UHGV virus genome: UHGV-0242533
Source: a virus
DNA length: 64,000 nucleotides
Reading direction: 5' to 3' (one strand)
The notes under the pieces were generated by a model, which saw only the letters and a list, made by a program, of their open reading frames with translations, had not been told where the DNA came from and did not search any database. Positions within the stretch are counted from its first letter, which is position 1; each line of letters begins with the position of its first letter. The translations under genes were made by a program, and so were the position numbers. This document shows positions 45,666 through 57,000 of the stretch, piece by piece.

Positions 45666-47510
45666 GTGAGCAACCCGGACGCTCTTCCATTTTTGACAGA
45701 GATGACTGTCGCTGATATAATCTCTAAGCAAGCAAAGCACGGAGTGAGTTTCAACCGAAGAAATGCTCGGTGGTATGTTCACCTCCTTAAAGAGATTATT
45801 GTTAATATTGACAGAGAGTTGATTCCTCTCTTACCTAAGATGAGATTAGATGGCTCTACTTACATGAAGCCGTTTAAGAAGTCTGGAGCTTTACAGAAGT
45901 GGCCTCAAGCCTATTGTGATAGGGTTGGGCTGAAGAGAGAAGATATTGGTGGAGCTTTCACCTGTGTCGAATACGTAGACTTTGACCCATCGAAAGATGC
46001 ACGAGTTAAAGAAGCTCTTATGGATGAGGGCTTTCTTCCTCCAGAGTTTAACGTATCTAAGAAGCCTTGGAATACTTTCGAAATTAAGAAAGATATGAGA
46101 AAGTATGGAACATACCAAGCATGGTATACTGCTTGGATGCGAGGTAATGCTAAGCAAAAACAGACAGCCGAGATGGTTGACGCTGATATTAAGAAGTTCT
46201 TAGAAAAGCATTTCAGGTTTAAGACTAAGAATTACATGAAGGCTTACGTATTTGGTTTGGGGTTGAACCCTAATCGCCGTAATCCTGTAACGTTTGATGA
46301 GATTAAGAAAGCACTAGCCACATCAAACAAGTGGCCTACAGCTCCTACAAACCTCGAGGAGACTCTTGAAGAAGGGTTAGGGGGTGAGCTAGGGAGTGTC
46401 GGAAGTTTGCTTAAGAAACGCGTTGTAGCGGCTCACAGGCTAGGTCTTATCAGTGGACTCATAGCAAAGGAGCGCGAAGATGGTAAACTTTCGGCAGAAG
46501 CTAACAGCTGCGCTACGCCGACTTTTCGATTCAAACATCGTATCGTGGTTAATATTCCCTCCCGTGGTCTGTTTGGTCACGAGTGTCGCAGTTTGTTTGA
46601 GTCTGACTATAACTCAGACAGTGATCACTCTCGTCCTTTCGTTATTACTAACGTTGTTCCTGATGGTTGTTATATACGAAAGGGTACTAACGTAATTTAC
46701 GAGAAAGGTAAGCCGGGGAAGAAAGACAAACCTGTAGGTGCTTACAAATATTACATACCCGCTGGTAAAGAAGTATTCTTAGGGTATGATGGTTCTGGAC
46801 TTGAACTTCGTATGCTCGCTCACTACCTCATCAAAGAGTGTAGAGATATGCTTGCTGAAGCAATCGAAGAGAACAATCCAGCTAAGAAAGCTCTGGCAGA
46901 ACGCGGTCTAGCTTCTGCTATTATGTATCGTGATATTCTCCTTGAAGGTGATATCCACTCCCACAACCAGAAACTTGCTGGTCTTCCTACTCGTGACAAT
47001 GCTAAGACATTTATCTATGCATTCAACTACGGTGCTGGTGATGCTAAGCTTGGTTCAATTGTAGGTGGTGGGGCTGACGAAGGTTCAGTGATGCGAGCAC
47101 GTTTCTTAGCAGAGAACCCATGTATTGCAATCCTCATTGATCGCATGACAGAGAAAGCTGCTCAAGGATACTTGATTGGTGTTGATGGTCGTAAGATTAC
47201 AATGAGACGAGATGCCACTGGTAAAGTTATGGTTCATAAAGCCCTTAATACACTCCTGCAATGTGCTGGTGCTGTTGTTATGAAATATGCTATGATGTTC
47301 CTTAACAAGTGGATTGAGAAGGATGGGGTTCGTTGTGCTAAGGTAATTGATATGCACGATGAAGGCCAGTTCTCAGTGAATCGTAATGATGTACAGAAAC
47401 TCAAAGAGCACACTGAGCTTTGTGTTAAGAAGGCTGGTGAGTACTTGAACATGGAATGTCCTCTGGCTTCTGATTGTCAGATTGGATTAAATTGGATGCA
47501 TACGCACTAA
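45666..47510 (+). CDS. Family A (T7-like) DNA polymerase, polymerase domain only (614 aa)
   Basis: Motif A GYDGSGLELRMLAHY, motif B-like RDNAKTFIYAFNYGAG, motif C VIDMHDEGQF; no exonuclease motifs in this ORF. Confidence 0.8.
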   Translation: MSNPDALPFLTEMTVADIISKQAKHGVSFNRRNARWYVHLLKEIIVNIDRELIPLLPKMRLDGSTYMKPFKKSGALQKWPQAYCDRVGLKREDIGGAFTCVEYVDFDPSKDARVKEALMDEGFLPPEFNVSKKPWNTFEIKKDMRKYGTYQAWYTAWMRGNAKQKQTAEMVDADIKKFLEKHFRFKTKNYMKAYVFGLGLNPNRRNPVTFDEIKKALATSNKWPTAPTNLEETLEEGLGGELGSVGSLLKKRVVAAHRLGLISGLIAKEREDGKLSAEANSCATPTFRFKHRIVVNIPSRGLFGHECRSLFESDYNSDSDHSRPFVITNVVPDGCYIRKGTNVIYEKGKPGKKDKPVGAYKYYIPAGKEVFLGYDGSGLELRMLAHYLIKECRDMLAEAIEENNPAKKALAERGLASAIMYRDILLEGDIHSHNQKLAGLPTRDNAKTFIYAFNYGAGDAKLGSIVGGGADEGSVMRARFLAENPCIAILIDRMTEKAAQGYLIGVDGRKITMRRDATGKVMVHKALNTLLQCAGAVVMKYAMMFLNKWIEKDGVRCAKVIDMHDEGQFSVNRNDVQKLKEHTELCVKKAGEYLNMECPLASDCQIGLNWMHTH

Positions 47511-47887
47511 ATTCAGAACTGAAAGACCGGAACACAAATGAACTAGTCTTATTGAGTAGTTCATCATAAGGAGATTGAAGTGGAAGAGATGCCATCGGAT
47601 TGGTGTTATCGTCAAAGCGCCATCTGTAGTGAACAAGGACGTGCTGATGAAGCACAATACTATTTAGAATTAGCTGAATTATGGAAAGAGAGAGAGGAAA
47701 AGAATGACTGCAACTGAACTAAAAGAAACCCTATCAACTGAAGAAGGTAAAGCTTTCTTCTTATCTCAAGTACACTCTATGGGTAAAGATGCCCTTCGCC
47801 AAGCAGTCGTTGAGTTAACTGGTGTAGTGATTGATTTGAGTATTGAAAATGAGACACTTGAAGCTAAAGTGAATAATTAAATAAGAA

Positions 47888-47912
47888 GCTGCCTTAGGGC
47901 GGCTTTTCTTGT
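47888..47912 (+). terminator. Intrinsic terminator (moderate)
   Basis: gctgcc-ttag-ggcggc followed by TTTTCTT. Confidence 0.45.
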
Positions 47913-47926
47913 CTAAAGGATTTGAC

Positions 47927-48319
47927 ATGAATATTGGTTTAGATTATGATGACACTTACACAGCAGATAGACGTCTGTGGAGAGATGTGATAGGCTTGAT
48001 GAAAGAGTACGGACATGATGTAAGATTCGTGACTTTCCGTTTCTCAGAGCCTAATGGTTATGATAATGTAGATATCCTCTACGATGCAGAAACCCTGCAA
48101 ATTCCTGTCATCTTTTGTAATGGTGTGCAGAAGGATGAGGTATGTCGACAGTTAGGTTTCTTTGTAGATATCTGGATTGACGACTTCCCTGTTGGAATCC
48201 CCAAAAAGGACCACCTAGATGGGATGCTGAAGGGAGTAAGACTTAACGACCTTAGGGCAGCACCTCCTGTAGAAATACCCGCCCCTGTGTACTCTGAAGA
48301 GCCGTTGGTGATACGTTAA
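47927..48319 (+). CDS. HAD-superfamily phosphatase-like protein (candidate nucleotidase)
   Basis: N-terminal IGLDYDDT (DxDxT motif I) and DIWIDD; RBS aaagga 6 nt before ATG. Confidence 0.45.
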   Translation: MNIGLDYDDTYTADRRLWRDVIGLMKEYGHDVRFVTFRFSEPNGYDNVDILYDAETLQIPVIFCNGVQKDEVCRQLGFFVDIWIDDFPVGIPKKDHLDGMLKGVRLNDLRAAPPVEIPAPVYSEEPLVIR

Positions 48320-48468
48320 TAAGGAAGAAGAATGATTTGGGTTCACACATATAAGATTGGAAAGAAAGAGATGACCGTTGTACATCACTCCGAAGAAAGC
48401 GCTAATGCTTCCAAGGTAATCCTTAAGGGAGAAGTTAAAGTATACGCTGAAGTAAAAGGAACAGAAAA

Positions 48469-48657
48469 ATGATCAATAAAATTAAAGATAATGAATACAT
48501 ACTTAATTCTTCTATTTTAGATAATGGAAATATTATTGATTTCATTACTCTTTCAGAGCTAAAAGAGTTAGTAGATTCTTTATACTCAGAGGAACAAAAT
48601 CGCTTGTTACAAGAGTCTCTCAGTGGGGACTATGTTTGTGATGGTTGTTTAATTTAA
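48469..48657 (+). CDS. Hypothetical protein (62 aa)
   Basis: ORF track. Confidence 0.4.
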   Translation: MINKIKDNEYILNSSILDNGNIIDFITLSELKELVDSLYSEEQNRLLQESLSGDYVCDGCLI

Positions 48658-48945
48658 CTTTCTTTATATTAGGTAATAAGTAATGAGTATTTATAAGAAG
48701 TTTCTTATCTTTGTTTCAGTCTGTTTAGTGTTAGATATAATAATTATTTATTCTTTTAAATAGAGAATCAAAGTCCCTAGGAGTCCCTACAACCTAAATC
48801 AAGGATTCCTTAATTCTCTATTTTTATCTCGCAGGTGGCTCCTGCCCTTCCGGTAGTCTCTCAATTTCTTACAAACTTATGAGAGGTTGTCGTCTGCGCC
48901 TTATCGTCGTCAGTCCCGTGCAATAACTTTATCAGCTATACAATA

Positions 48946-48954
48946 TATACATTA
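48946..48954 (-). promoter_or_regulatory. TAATGTATA element on minus strand within AT-rich intergenic region
   Basis: Plus strand reads tatacatta. Confidence 0.3.
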
Positions 48955-49017
48955 CTAGTGTGTTATATCTACTACCAAAGATACTTATATTATATAGTAC
49001 TCTTATCGGTATAAGCA

Positions 49018-49026
49018 TAATGTATA
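49018..49026 (+). promoter_or_regulatory. TAATGTATA promoter-like element
   Basis: Exact 9-mer about 60 nt upstream of the 49085 start, in an AT-rich region with inverted repeat at about 48760-48830. Confidence 0.4.
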
Positions 49027-49084
49027 CTATACATAACCGCTCAAAGAGAGCAACAATCTTTCAAATTAAATAAGGAAATTAGTA

Positions 49085-49831
49085 ATGAGCATGATTCCAA
49101 CTATCGCAACTTCTTCCCGTAAGTCCAACTACGATGTAATCCCTGATGGTGAGTACGAAGCACGTATTGTTCGTGTAGTAGGTTTGGGTGTTCACAATCG
49201 TGACCCTTGGATTGACCCGAAGACCAAAGCAGTAACTCCTAAGAATCCAGCTTTCCGTATGGATTTAGCTTTCGAGCTGATTGGTGTTGATGCTACTGGT
49301 AAAGATTCCGATGGTAAGGCATTAGAACCACGTCCGGCTTGCCAGTTCAAGAGCTATGATGTAAACCCACGAGCTAAGAACTCTGGTATTCTTGATCTTT
49401 GCAAGATGATTGACCCAAGTATTCAAGCACTGAAAGGTGATCTGTCTTGGTTCAAGGATGTTCTGTTAGGACAGCCTGTTAACATTCTGGTTAACTCTTA
49501 CACTAACAAAGCTGGTGAAGTTAAAAACTCCATCAAAACCATTTCTCCAATCCCAACCAAATATCGTGCAGCAGTTGGTGAAGCTCGTAGTCCTCTGGTA
49601 TTCTTCGAACCGTATGCTGAAACCGATGAGAACGTAGCATCCTATCAACTGATGTTCCCGTTCCAGCGCAACCTGCTTACCCAAGCTAATGACGCTAAGA
49701 ACATGCCTCTGGCTGGTCGTGAAATTACTCGTGCTTCTGAGACAGAACAGAAAGAAGCTACTCCTTCAATCCCTACGATTGATAAAGAGCCTGCTTCTAC
49801 TTATGAAGACGACAACGATTCGCCTTTTTGA
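49085..49831 (+). CDS. Putative single-stranded DNA-binding protein (acidic C-terminal tail)
   Basis: C-terminus ...STYEDDNDSPF resembles the SSB acidic tail (DDDIPF type); call rests on the tail motif only. Confidence 0.4.
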   Translation: MSMIPTIATSSRKSNYDVIPDGEYEARIVRVVGLGVHNRDPWIDPKTKAVTPKNPAFRMDLAFELIGVDATGKDSDGKALEPRPACQFKSYDVNPRAKNSGILDLCKMIDPSIQALKGDLSWFKDVLLGQPVNILVNSYTNKAGEVKNSIKTISPIPTKYRAAVGEARSPLVFFEPYAETDENVASYQLMFPFQRNLLTQANDAKNMPLAGREITRASETEQKEATPSIPTIDKEPASTYEDDNDSPF

Positions 49832-49840
49832 GGATAAATA

Positions 49841-50254
49841 ATGGAAGAAATCTGGAAAGATCACCCCCATCACGATTTCCTTTCCGTATCATCTTTTGGT
49901 AGAGTTAAGATTAAGCCTTTCACAGCCATAACAAATAATGGTGGAGTCAGGCTTTTCGTAGGAAAACCATACAGCGGATACAGAGAGAAAGATGGAAGGA
50001 TGGTATTTATAAACAGGAAAAGGAAGTTTAGGAAAAGGGTTCATATCTTAGTGTGTGAAACTTTTCATGGTGAGAAACCTTTCCCTAGAGCTGTTGTGAT
50101 GCATCTGGATGATAATCCGAGCAACAATAGAGCAGATAATCTTCAGTGGGGTTCCCAAAAAGATAACCTCAATACTGAATCTTTTATCGCCTACTGCAAA
50201 TCGAGAGTTGGTGATGATAACCCTCGTATCAAAGGTATGCAGAAATTCATATAA
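49841..50254 (+). CDS. HNH endonuclease (137 aa)
   Basis: HLDDNPSNNRADNLQW motif. Confidence 0.7.
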   Translation: MEEIWKDHPHHDFLSVSSFGRVKIKPFTAITNNGGVRLFVGKPYSGYREKDGRMVFINRKRKFRKRVHILVCETFHGEKPFPRAVVMHLDDNPSNNRADNLQWGSQKDNLNTESFIAYCKSRVGDDNPRIKGMQKFI

Positions 50255-50276
50255 ATAACTCTCCTTGTTATAACTT

Positions 50277-50299
50277 AGCCACCTCCGGGTGGCTTTTTT
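50277..50299 (+). terminator. Intrinsic terminator
   Basis: agccacc-tccg-ggtggct followed by TTTTTT. Confidence 0.7.
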
Positions 50300-50547
50300 C
50301 GTTGGAGACAACATGCAAAACACATTAAGTGATAACTTAGGGTTTATCATTTTCTCAGCTCTTGTATTCTTTGGTGGTATGAAGTTTAACGAATATCAAA
50401 CAGACAGCAGTAATCTGGACAAAGAGAAGCACCAGCAAGAGTTAGAGATTGAAAGAAATAGAGCAGCTGATGAAGTTGCTCAGAGGGTTCTTACTGGTTT
50501 ATCTAACTGGAAGAAGAACACGGAAACTGTTTATAAAGAGATGCACT

Positions 50548-51452
<905 letters not shown>

Positions 51453-51522
51453 GAAGTCAGAATAAACCAGCAATACTCCTTACTAAGAAAGTAGATAAAG
51501 CAGATATGGAAATCACTGGAGA

Positions 51523-52137
51523 GTGAAAATGATTAGTGAGTCTAAACCTTTAGTAGTAATTCTCAATGGACCTCCGGGTTGTGGTAAAGATACGATAGCC
51601 GAAGAATGGTTACTAAAATCCCACATTGCATCTTATTCTCGTTATGTTAAATCCTTTAAAGAACCTATGTACAAAGTAGCCTCCGCAGCATTAGGTTTGC
51701 AGTTGGAGGATTTTCTGGAATTATATAAAGACCGAGACTGGAAAGAAAAGGCTAGACCTGAATGGGGAGGTAGATCTGTTAGGGATTTAATGATTTCCAC
51801 AAGTGAGGATTACTTAAAACCTATGTTTGGTGAGAACTACATGGGAACCCAAGCAGTAAATAGTATCAAGTCAGAAGGAAGGAATCACAATGATGTTATC
51901 CTGTTTACAGATGGTGGGTTTGAAGCAGAGATAAGAGAATTAGAGAAGTCTTTCAATGTAGTAGTAGTTCAAGTCAGTAGAGATGGATGTGATTTTTCTG
52001 GAGATTCTAGGAATTATATAGAAGGAAATCAGTTAGAAACTTGCAGATTGTCAAATAACCGGACTATTTCGGAAGCTCGATATTACTTGGATTGGATTAT
52101 TGCTCAAGTTAGGGATGATATTTATGGAAGAAGTTAA
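51523..52137 (+). CDS. P-loop kinase (dNMP-kinase-like)
   Basis: Walker A GPPGCGKDT at N-terminus; 204 aa. Confidence 0.5.
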   Translation: MKMISESKPLVVILNGPPGCGKDTIAEEWLLKSHIASYSRYVKSFKEPMYKVASAALGLQLEDFLELYKDRDWKEKARPEWGGRSVRDLMISTSEDYLKPMFGENYMGTQAVNSIKSEGRNHNDVILFTDGGFEAEIRELEKSFNVVVVQVSRDGCDFSGDSRNYIEGNQLETCRLSNNRTISEARYYLDWIIAQVRDDIYGRS

Positions 52138-52942
52138 GCTCCCTGAAGTTGCTCTAGTGGATGCTGACGTTCTTCGATACGAGGTAGGTGCTCTTACTCA
52201 GGAGCATCCCTTCCTTGACACAGGACGTGTTCCAGTTGATTATAATTTCATGATTGAACGACTTCAGTATAAGATTGATACAATCATAGCTCGCTCAGGT
52301 TGTAGTAATGTTGTGTTCTACTTCAGCGAAGGTGGTAACTTCCGTTTCGATATTGCTAAGCAACAAGATTATAAAGGTAATCGGGCGATATATGAGAAAC
52401 CCTTCCACTGGAAAGCGGTCGGAGATTACATCAAAGAGCACTATGAGTATGTTGACGTCTTTGGTAGAGAAGCGGATGACGCTCTAGCTGAGAGGCAGCG
52501 TAGAGACAAGAACACTATCATTTGTACTAGAGACAAAGATTTATTAATAACCCCCGGATGGCACTATCGCTGGGCTTGTGGAGAAAGGCAGAAAGAGGTT
52601 CCCCCTCACTATGTATCTGATTTAGTCTCATGGCAAAACTTCTTCTATCAAATGTTGATTGGAGATGGTACGGATAATATCCCCGGATGTGGGGAACGTA
52701 AAGAAGTTATGTGGGGCGGTAAGCTTCAGCTTCGACGTCAAGGCATAGGGAAGAAGGCAGCAGCTAAGTTACTGGCTGATGTTACAGATAAGTGGACCAT
52801 GTATCATATAGTACGAATGGAATATTATAAGAAGTTCGATACTGAAGATGAAGAGAAAATGCTTGAGAATGCTCGGCTGCTCTTTGTTGGTCAGACTCCT
52901 GAAGACCTGTTCGACTGGACATGGTTAGATAAATCTTGGTAA
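52124..52942 (+). CDS. 5'-3' exonuclease / flap endonuclease
   Basis: YKGNR and GDGTDNIPG motifs typical of T5 D15 / T7 gp6-type FEN. Confidence 0.75.
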   Translation: MEEVKLPEVALVDADVLRYEVGALTQEHPFLDTGRVPVDYNFMIERLQYKIDTIIARSGCSNVVFYFSEGGNFRFDIAKQQDYKGNRAIYEKPFHWKAVGDYIKEHYEYVDVFGREADDALAERQRRDKNTIICTRDKDLLITPGWHYRWACGERQKEVPPHYVSDLVSWQNFFYQMLIGDGTDNIPGCGERKEVMWGGKLQLRRQGIGKKAAAKLLADVTDKWTMYHIVRMEYYKKFDTEDEEKMLENARLLFVGQTPEDLFDWTWLDKSW

Positions 52943-53121
52943 TAAGGATATTATAATGGGTAAATTTGATTATCGTTCATATGATGAAAACTCCTCCAAT
53001 CGTGAATCTCGTAAAGACCAAAAGATCAAACATCAACTGTTTGATCAGCGGACTGGTCGTATTCCTCGTGAGGGAAAAGTGAGCCATCGTGTAAACAAAC
53101 GAGTTTGGGAAGAAGCTGATT

Positions 53122-53523
53122 ATGGCGAAGTCTGAGAAGACACGCTGTAGTGGAACGTGGACTGAAGCTCGTTATAACTCTTTCATCAAGTCAGGGATTC
53201 GTTCTCTGACTAGAAAGTGGAAGCCCATGTTCGATGCACTAGCAGACGCCAAGACAGAGCAGAAGATTAATCCAAAGACAGGTAGACTGGCAATGCACTT
53301 TAAGTGTGCCATGTGTGGTTCTGACCACCCTGTAAAGGACATGGCTATCGACCATATAAATCCTATCGTACCTCTTGACCATGAAGCAACTTGGGATGAA
53401 ATAATCTCTCGTGCTCTGTGTGAGAAAGAGGGTTTTCAGGTTCTGTGTAAAGACCCTTGTCATAAACTAAAAACTAAGACGGAAAATGATGCAAGAAAAC
53501 AATTCAAAAAAGGAAAAGAGTGA
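53122..53523 (+). CDS. HNH-motif nuclease (133 aa)
   Basis: CAMCGSDHPVKDMAIDHINPI ... CHKLKT (C-x2-C ... H ... C-H). Confidence 0.5.
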   Translation: MAKSEKTRCSGTWTEARYNSFIKSGIRSLTRKWKPMFDALADAKTEQKINPKTGRLAMHFKCAMCGSDHPVKDMAIDHINPIVPLDHEATWDEIISRALCEKEGFQVLCKDPCHKLKTKTENDARKQFKKGKE

Positions 53524-53743
53524 TGATCAAAAATATACGCAACAAGTGCTTCGCTTTCGCTATCGTAATTGGAGAGGCGAGGTTGCTGACCGGTCCGTTA
53601 TTCCACTCCGAACCTCCGTTGCTAGCTCCCGTTTTCATAACGGTGGCAAACCTTGTTGGATTATGACAGCGATTGATGTAGATAAAGATGAGATTCGAGA
53701 GTTCAAGCTCTCAGATATTATTCAATACTACGATTTGATTTAG
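53486..53743 (+). CDS. Hypothetical protein (85 aa); start uncertain
   Basis: ORF track. Confidence 0.35.
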   Translation: MMQENNSKKEKSDDQKYTQQVLRFRYRNWRGEVADRSVIPLRTSVASSRFHNGGKPCWIMTAIDVDKDEIREFKLSDIIQYYDLI

Positions 53744-54005
53744 GAGGAAATATGATCTATAATCAAGATATTCTAGACGAATTGCTTAAAATGGCAAATC
53801 GCCTTACAGCTATTATTGAAGAAATAAAAGCCAGAGAAGAGTCTTACTTGGCAGCCGAGGAAAATTGGGATGTATGAGGATGAATTTGATGGATTTTGAA
53901 AAGATAAAACAGAGCAAAATTGATATGATGAAAAAGTTCAAAGCGGCTTATGATAAAGCTGTTAAAGAAGGAACTATCACTTACAAGAAAATCTAGAAAT
54001 AAATA

Positions 54006-54040
54006 AAGCCCTCTTGGATTGCTCCTTGAGGGCTTTTTCT
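54006..54040. terminator. Bidirectional intrinsic terminator between convergent blocks
   Basis: aagccctc-loop-gagggctt flanked by T-runs on both strands. Confidence 0.65.
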
Positions 54041-54044
54041 TTTA

Positions 54045-57000
54045 TCACTCCTTAGGTCGAACTCTTACACGGAGTCTTGATTGACGCTTACTGCGTTCAA
54101 GCTTCTCTGACAATGAGCCACGTTTAATCTTCGGCTTCCCTTCGTCATTAAACTTCTCCAAGAACTGCAAGTACTCAGTACGATTCGTTGTCTTGTAAGA
54201 AGGAATCTTAATATCAGGGTTCTCTTCAATCACACGTCTCATCTTCGCTACATCATCCCTACCAAGCAACTTACTCTTAGCCTGTTCAGCTGTAGAACCA
54301 AAGATCTTCTCCAGTGCTCTGGATTTGTTACCACCTGCGGAAGAAGCACCAAGTTTAGCAATGGCAGAATAATCATCAGCACTAAACCAAGCTACTGGAT
54401 TATCACCATACTTCTTCTTGTTTTCAGCAGCAGTCTGCAATGCACGTACAAAGCGACGGTTGTTACCAGCCTTATCTGCACCATGAACTCTGTCTAAAAC
54501 TTCAGCCACACTGACTAACTCATCCAAGCTTTTCCCACTCAAGAAAGCTTTCTCTACTTTATCAGCAAAGACCTCTTCCTGTTGTTTAATGCTTTCCAAG
54601 ATATCAGAACTTGCTTGAGATCTTTCATCATCAGGCAGAGCAGAACGAATCTTCTCCATCTCCAATTCTTCCTCTTGCAGTTTCTTAATATCAGAGTCAA
54701 CCTTCTGAGCTTCCTCAATAGCCTTCCTAGTATCCGCATCCAAGTTATCAAGCCTGCCTTCAGTATCTCCAGTAACTTTAACAATCTCTTTCTCGATAGG
54801 AGTCATTGATTCATACTTCTTAGCGAATTTCTCAACATCAGCTTCGATACGAGAGCGAGCATTCTGATGTTCAGTCGGAGTCATAGGCTTCTCAAGAAGT
54901 GCATAACGGTTATCCATATAGGAACCAGCAAATGCTTCAGCATCCTCTCTAGATATGCCCTTATCTTCCATAGTACGCATCAGGCGGCGATGAATGTCAT
55001 CACGTTGACGTTGTACTGCCATAAGGTCATTCTCACGCTCTTGGGCTGCTTTAAGCTCTTCACTGCGCTTAACTCTCTTGTCCACATCAAACTTACGATT
55101 CATCTCTTCCGCTTGCTCATACATCTTGTTCCACTTAGCCTGACGAGCATCTTCCTCTGCATCAGTTAAACGACGCTGACGATCAAGGTAATCTGACTCG
55201 GCGTTATGGATACGTTCAATGTAACTACGGAACTTCTCTGGAGGAACTGGAGAGTTCTTATCATGGTGAGCAGCCAACTGTTTCAATGTACGAGATTCCT
55301 GAGCCTCACGAACAGGTTTAGGTAAACCTTCCATCATCTTCTCAATCTCACTCTTCTGAGCTGCAATAGCCTCGAGAGTTTTACGTTCATTCTCAACAGC
55401 AGCCTTAGCATCTGAACGAGCCTGAGCTTTATTTTTCAGAGTAGCAAGACGTTCTTCACGAGCCTGTATGTGTTTAGCAAAAGCTTCGTACTGAGAATTC
55501 TTGTTAGCTCTGTTGAAGGCATTCACTTCTCTGTTATAGGTATTAATAAACCCATCCCAAATATCCTTCATCTGACCAACTTCCAAAGCCTCTTCCCTAC
55601 CAGCCTTCTCTGAAGATTTAAACTTCCCATCTACAAAGTCATTCATCAGCTTACGCATAGCATCTTTCTGAGCAGGACGTAAAGGTTCTGAATCAATCAA
55701 AGCATCAATCTCAGACTGAAGTTCTTTCTTCTGGTCAACCAGTTTAGGAGCATCTTTCTTATCAAAAGCTTTGTTCTCTTCTAGAGCTTGTTGATACAGC
55801 CTATCAAACTCATCCTCACGCTGCTTCTGATACAACCTTTCTGCACGACGTTTCAGACTATCCAAGTTAGTTACGTTCCCACCTAAACCTTTCTCTTCAG
55901 CACGTAATGCCTTAGTAGCAATGTCTTCTGGTAGGCCACGTGCCTTAACCCATTCAGCAAAATTAGTTCGTACAGTATTATTCTTAGCAGTAGCAATGCC
56001 TTGCTGAGAAGCTAGCTGATTACGAGCCATTTCTTCATGACGTTCAGTGTTGATAGCATTGTCTTCCTGACGAATACGACGCATCAATTCCTTAGGGTCA
56101 CCTTTATAAGCCAAGAAGTTTTCAGCAGTAGCTTTAGCCTTAGCAGCCTTAGAGTACAGAGAACGAGCAAAGCGTTCTGCACGATCTTTAGTAGCCTGAC
56201 GAGCAGCACTAGACATAGCAGCTAAACGTTCTACACCACTTGCCGGTTTAACGTCCTGTACAGCTTCCTTAGGAGCTTTAGGAGCACGGGCAGGTAATGG
56301 CTCAGCTTTGATTGTTGGTTCCTCTACGGTCGATTCTGGAGCTTGTGCGGCCTCTTCTTGAGCACGACGCTGTTCCACCTGTTTAACTGCACGTCTTTGA
56401 GCAACTAAATCACGAGCCGTAAGAGGGGCTTCTTGAGGAGCAGAAGAAGGAAGATTTTCTTCCGTCACAGTACTAGAAGAAGGCTCCCGAACCGGTTCGG
56501 TTTCTACGTCATTTTGCGTCTTAAATTTAATGTCATCAACAACTGGTTCTTCTTCCATCTTAGCACGAGCTTCATCAGCAGCAGATTTAGCACGAGCAAC
56601 TTCCAAATCACCACGAGCAAGAGAGCGGATAGCTTCACTGTTAGATTCTTGTTGCTTAACACGTTGGGAACGAGCACGCTGGGAAGAGAAGCGATTCAGA
56701 GCATATTTAGCAGCACCCAGTGTGTTCATGACCAGACTAGGTGAAGAAGCCTCACGGAAGCCATCATCAGTCAGGGAAGTCCAGCCACGATCTTGGTTGC
56801 TCATGAACTTAGCTGTATTGTTCAGAGTGTAAGCATCTTGGATAGGATTAAAACCTTCAGGCATACCTTTCAGTTTCTTCAACCCACCGATAGCTTTCTT
56901 CATCTCTGGAGAAACATTATCAGCCATCTTCTGTAGTTCAGCAGCTTTCTCTACAAAGTTATTAAAGTCTTCACCATCACGAGCTTTGAATCGATTTGCT

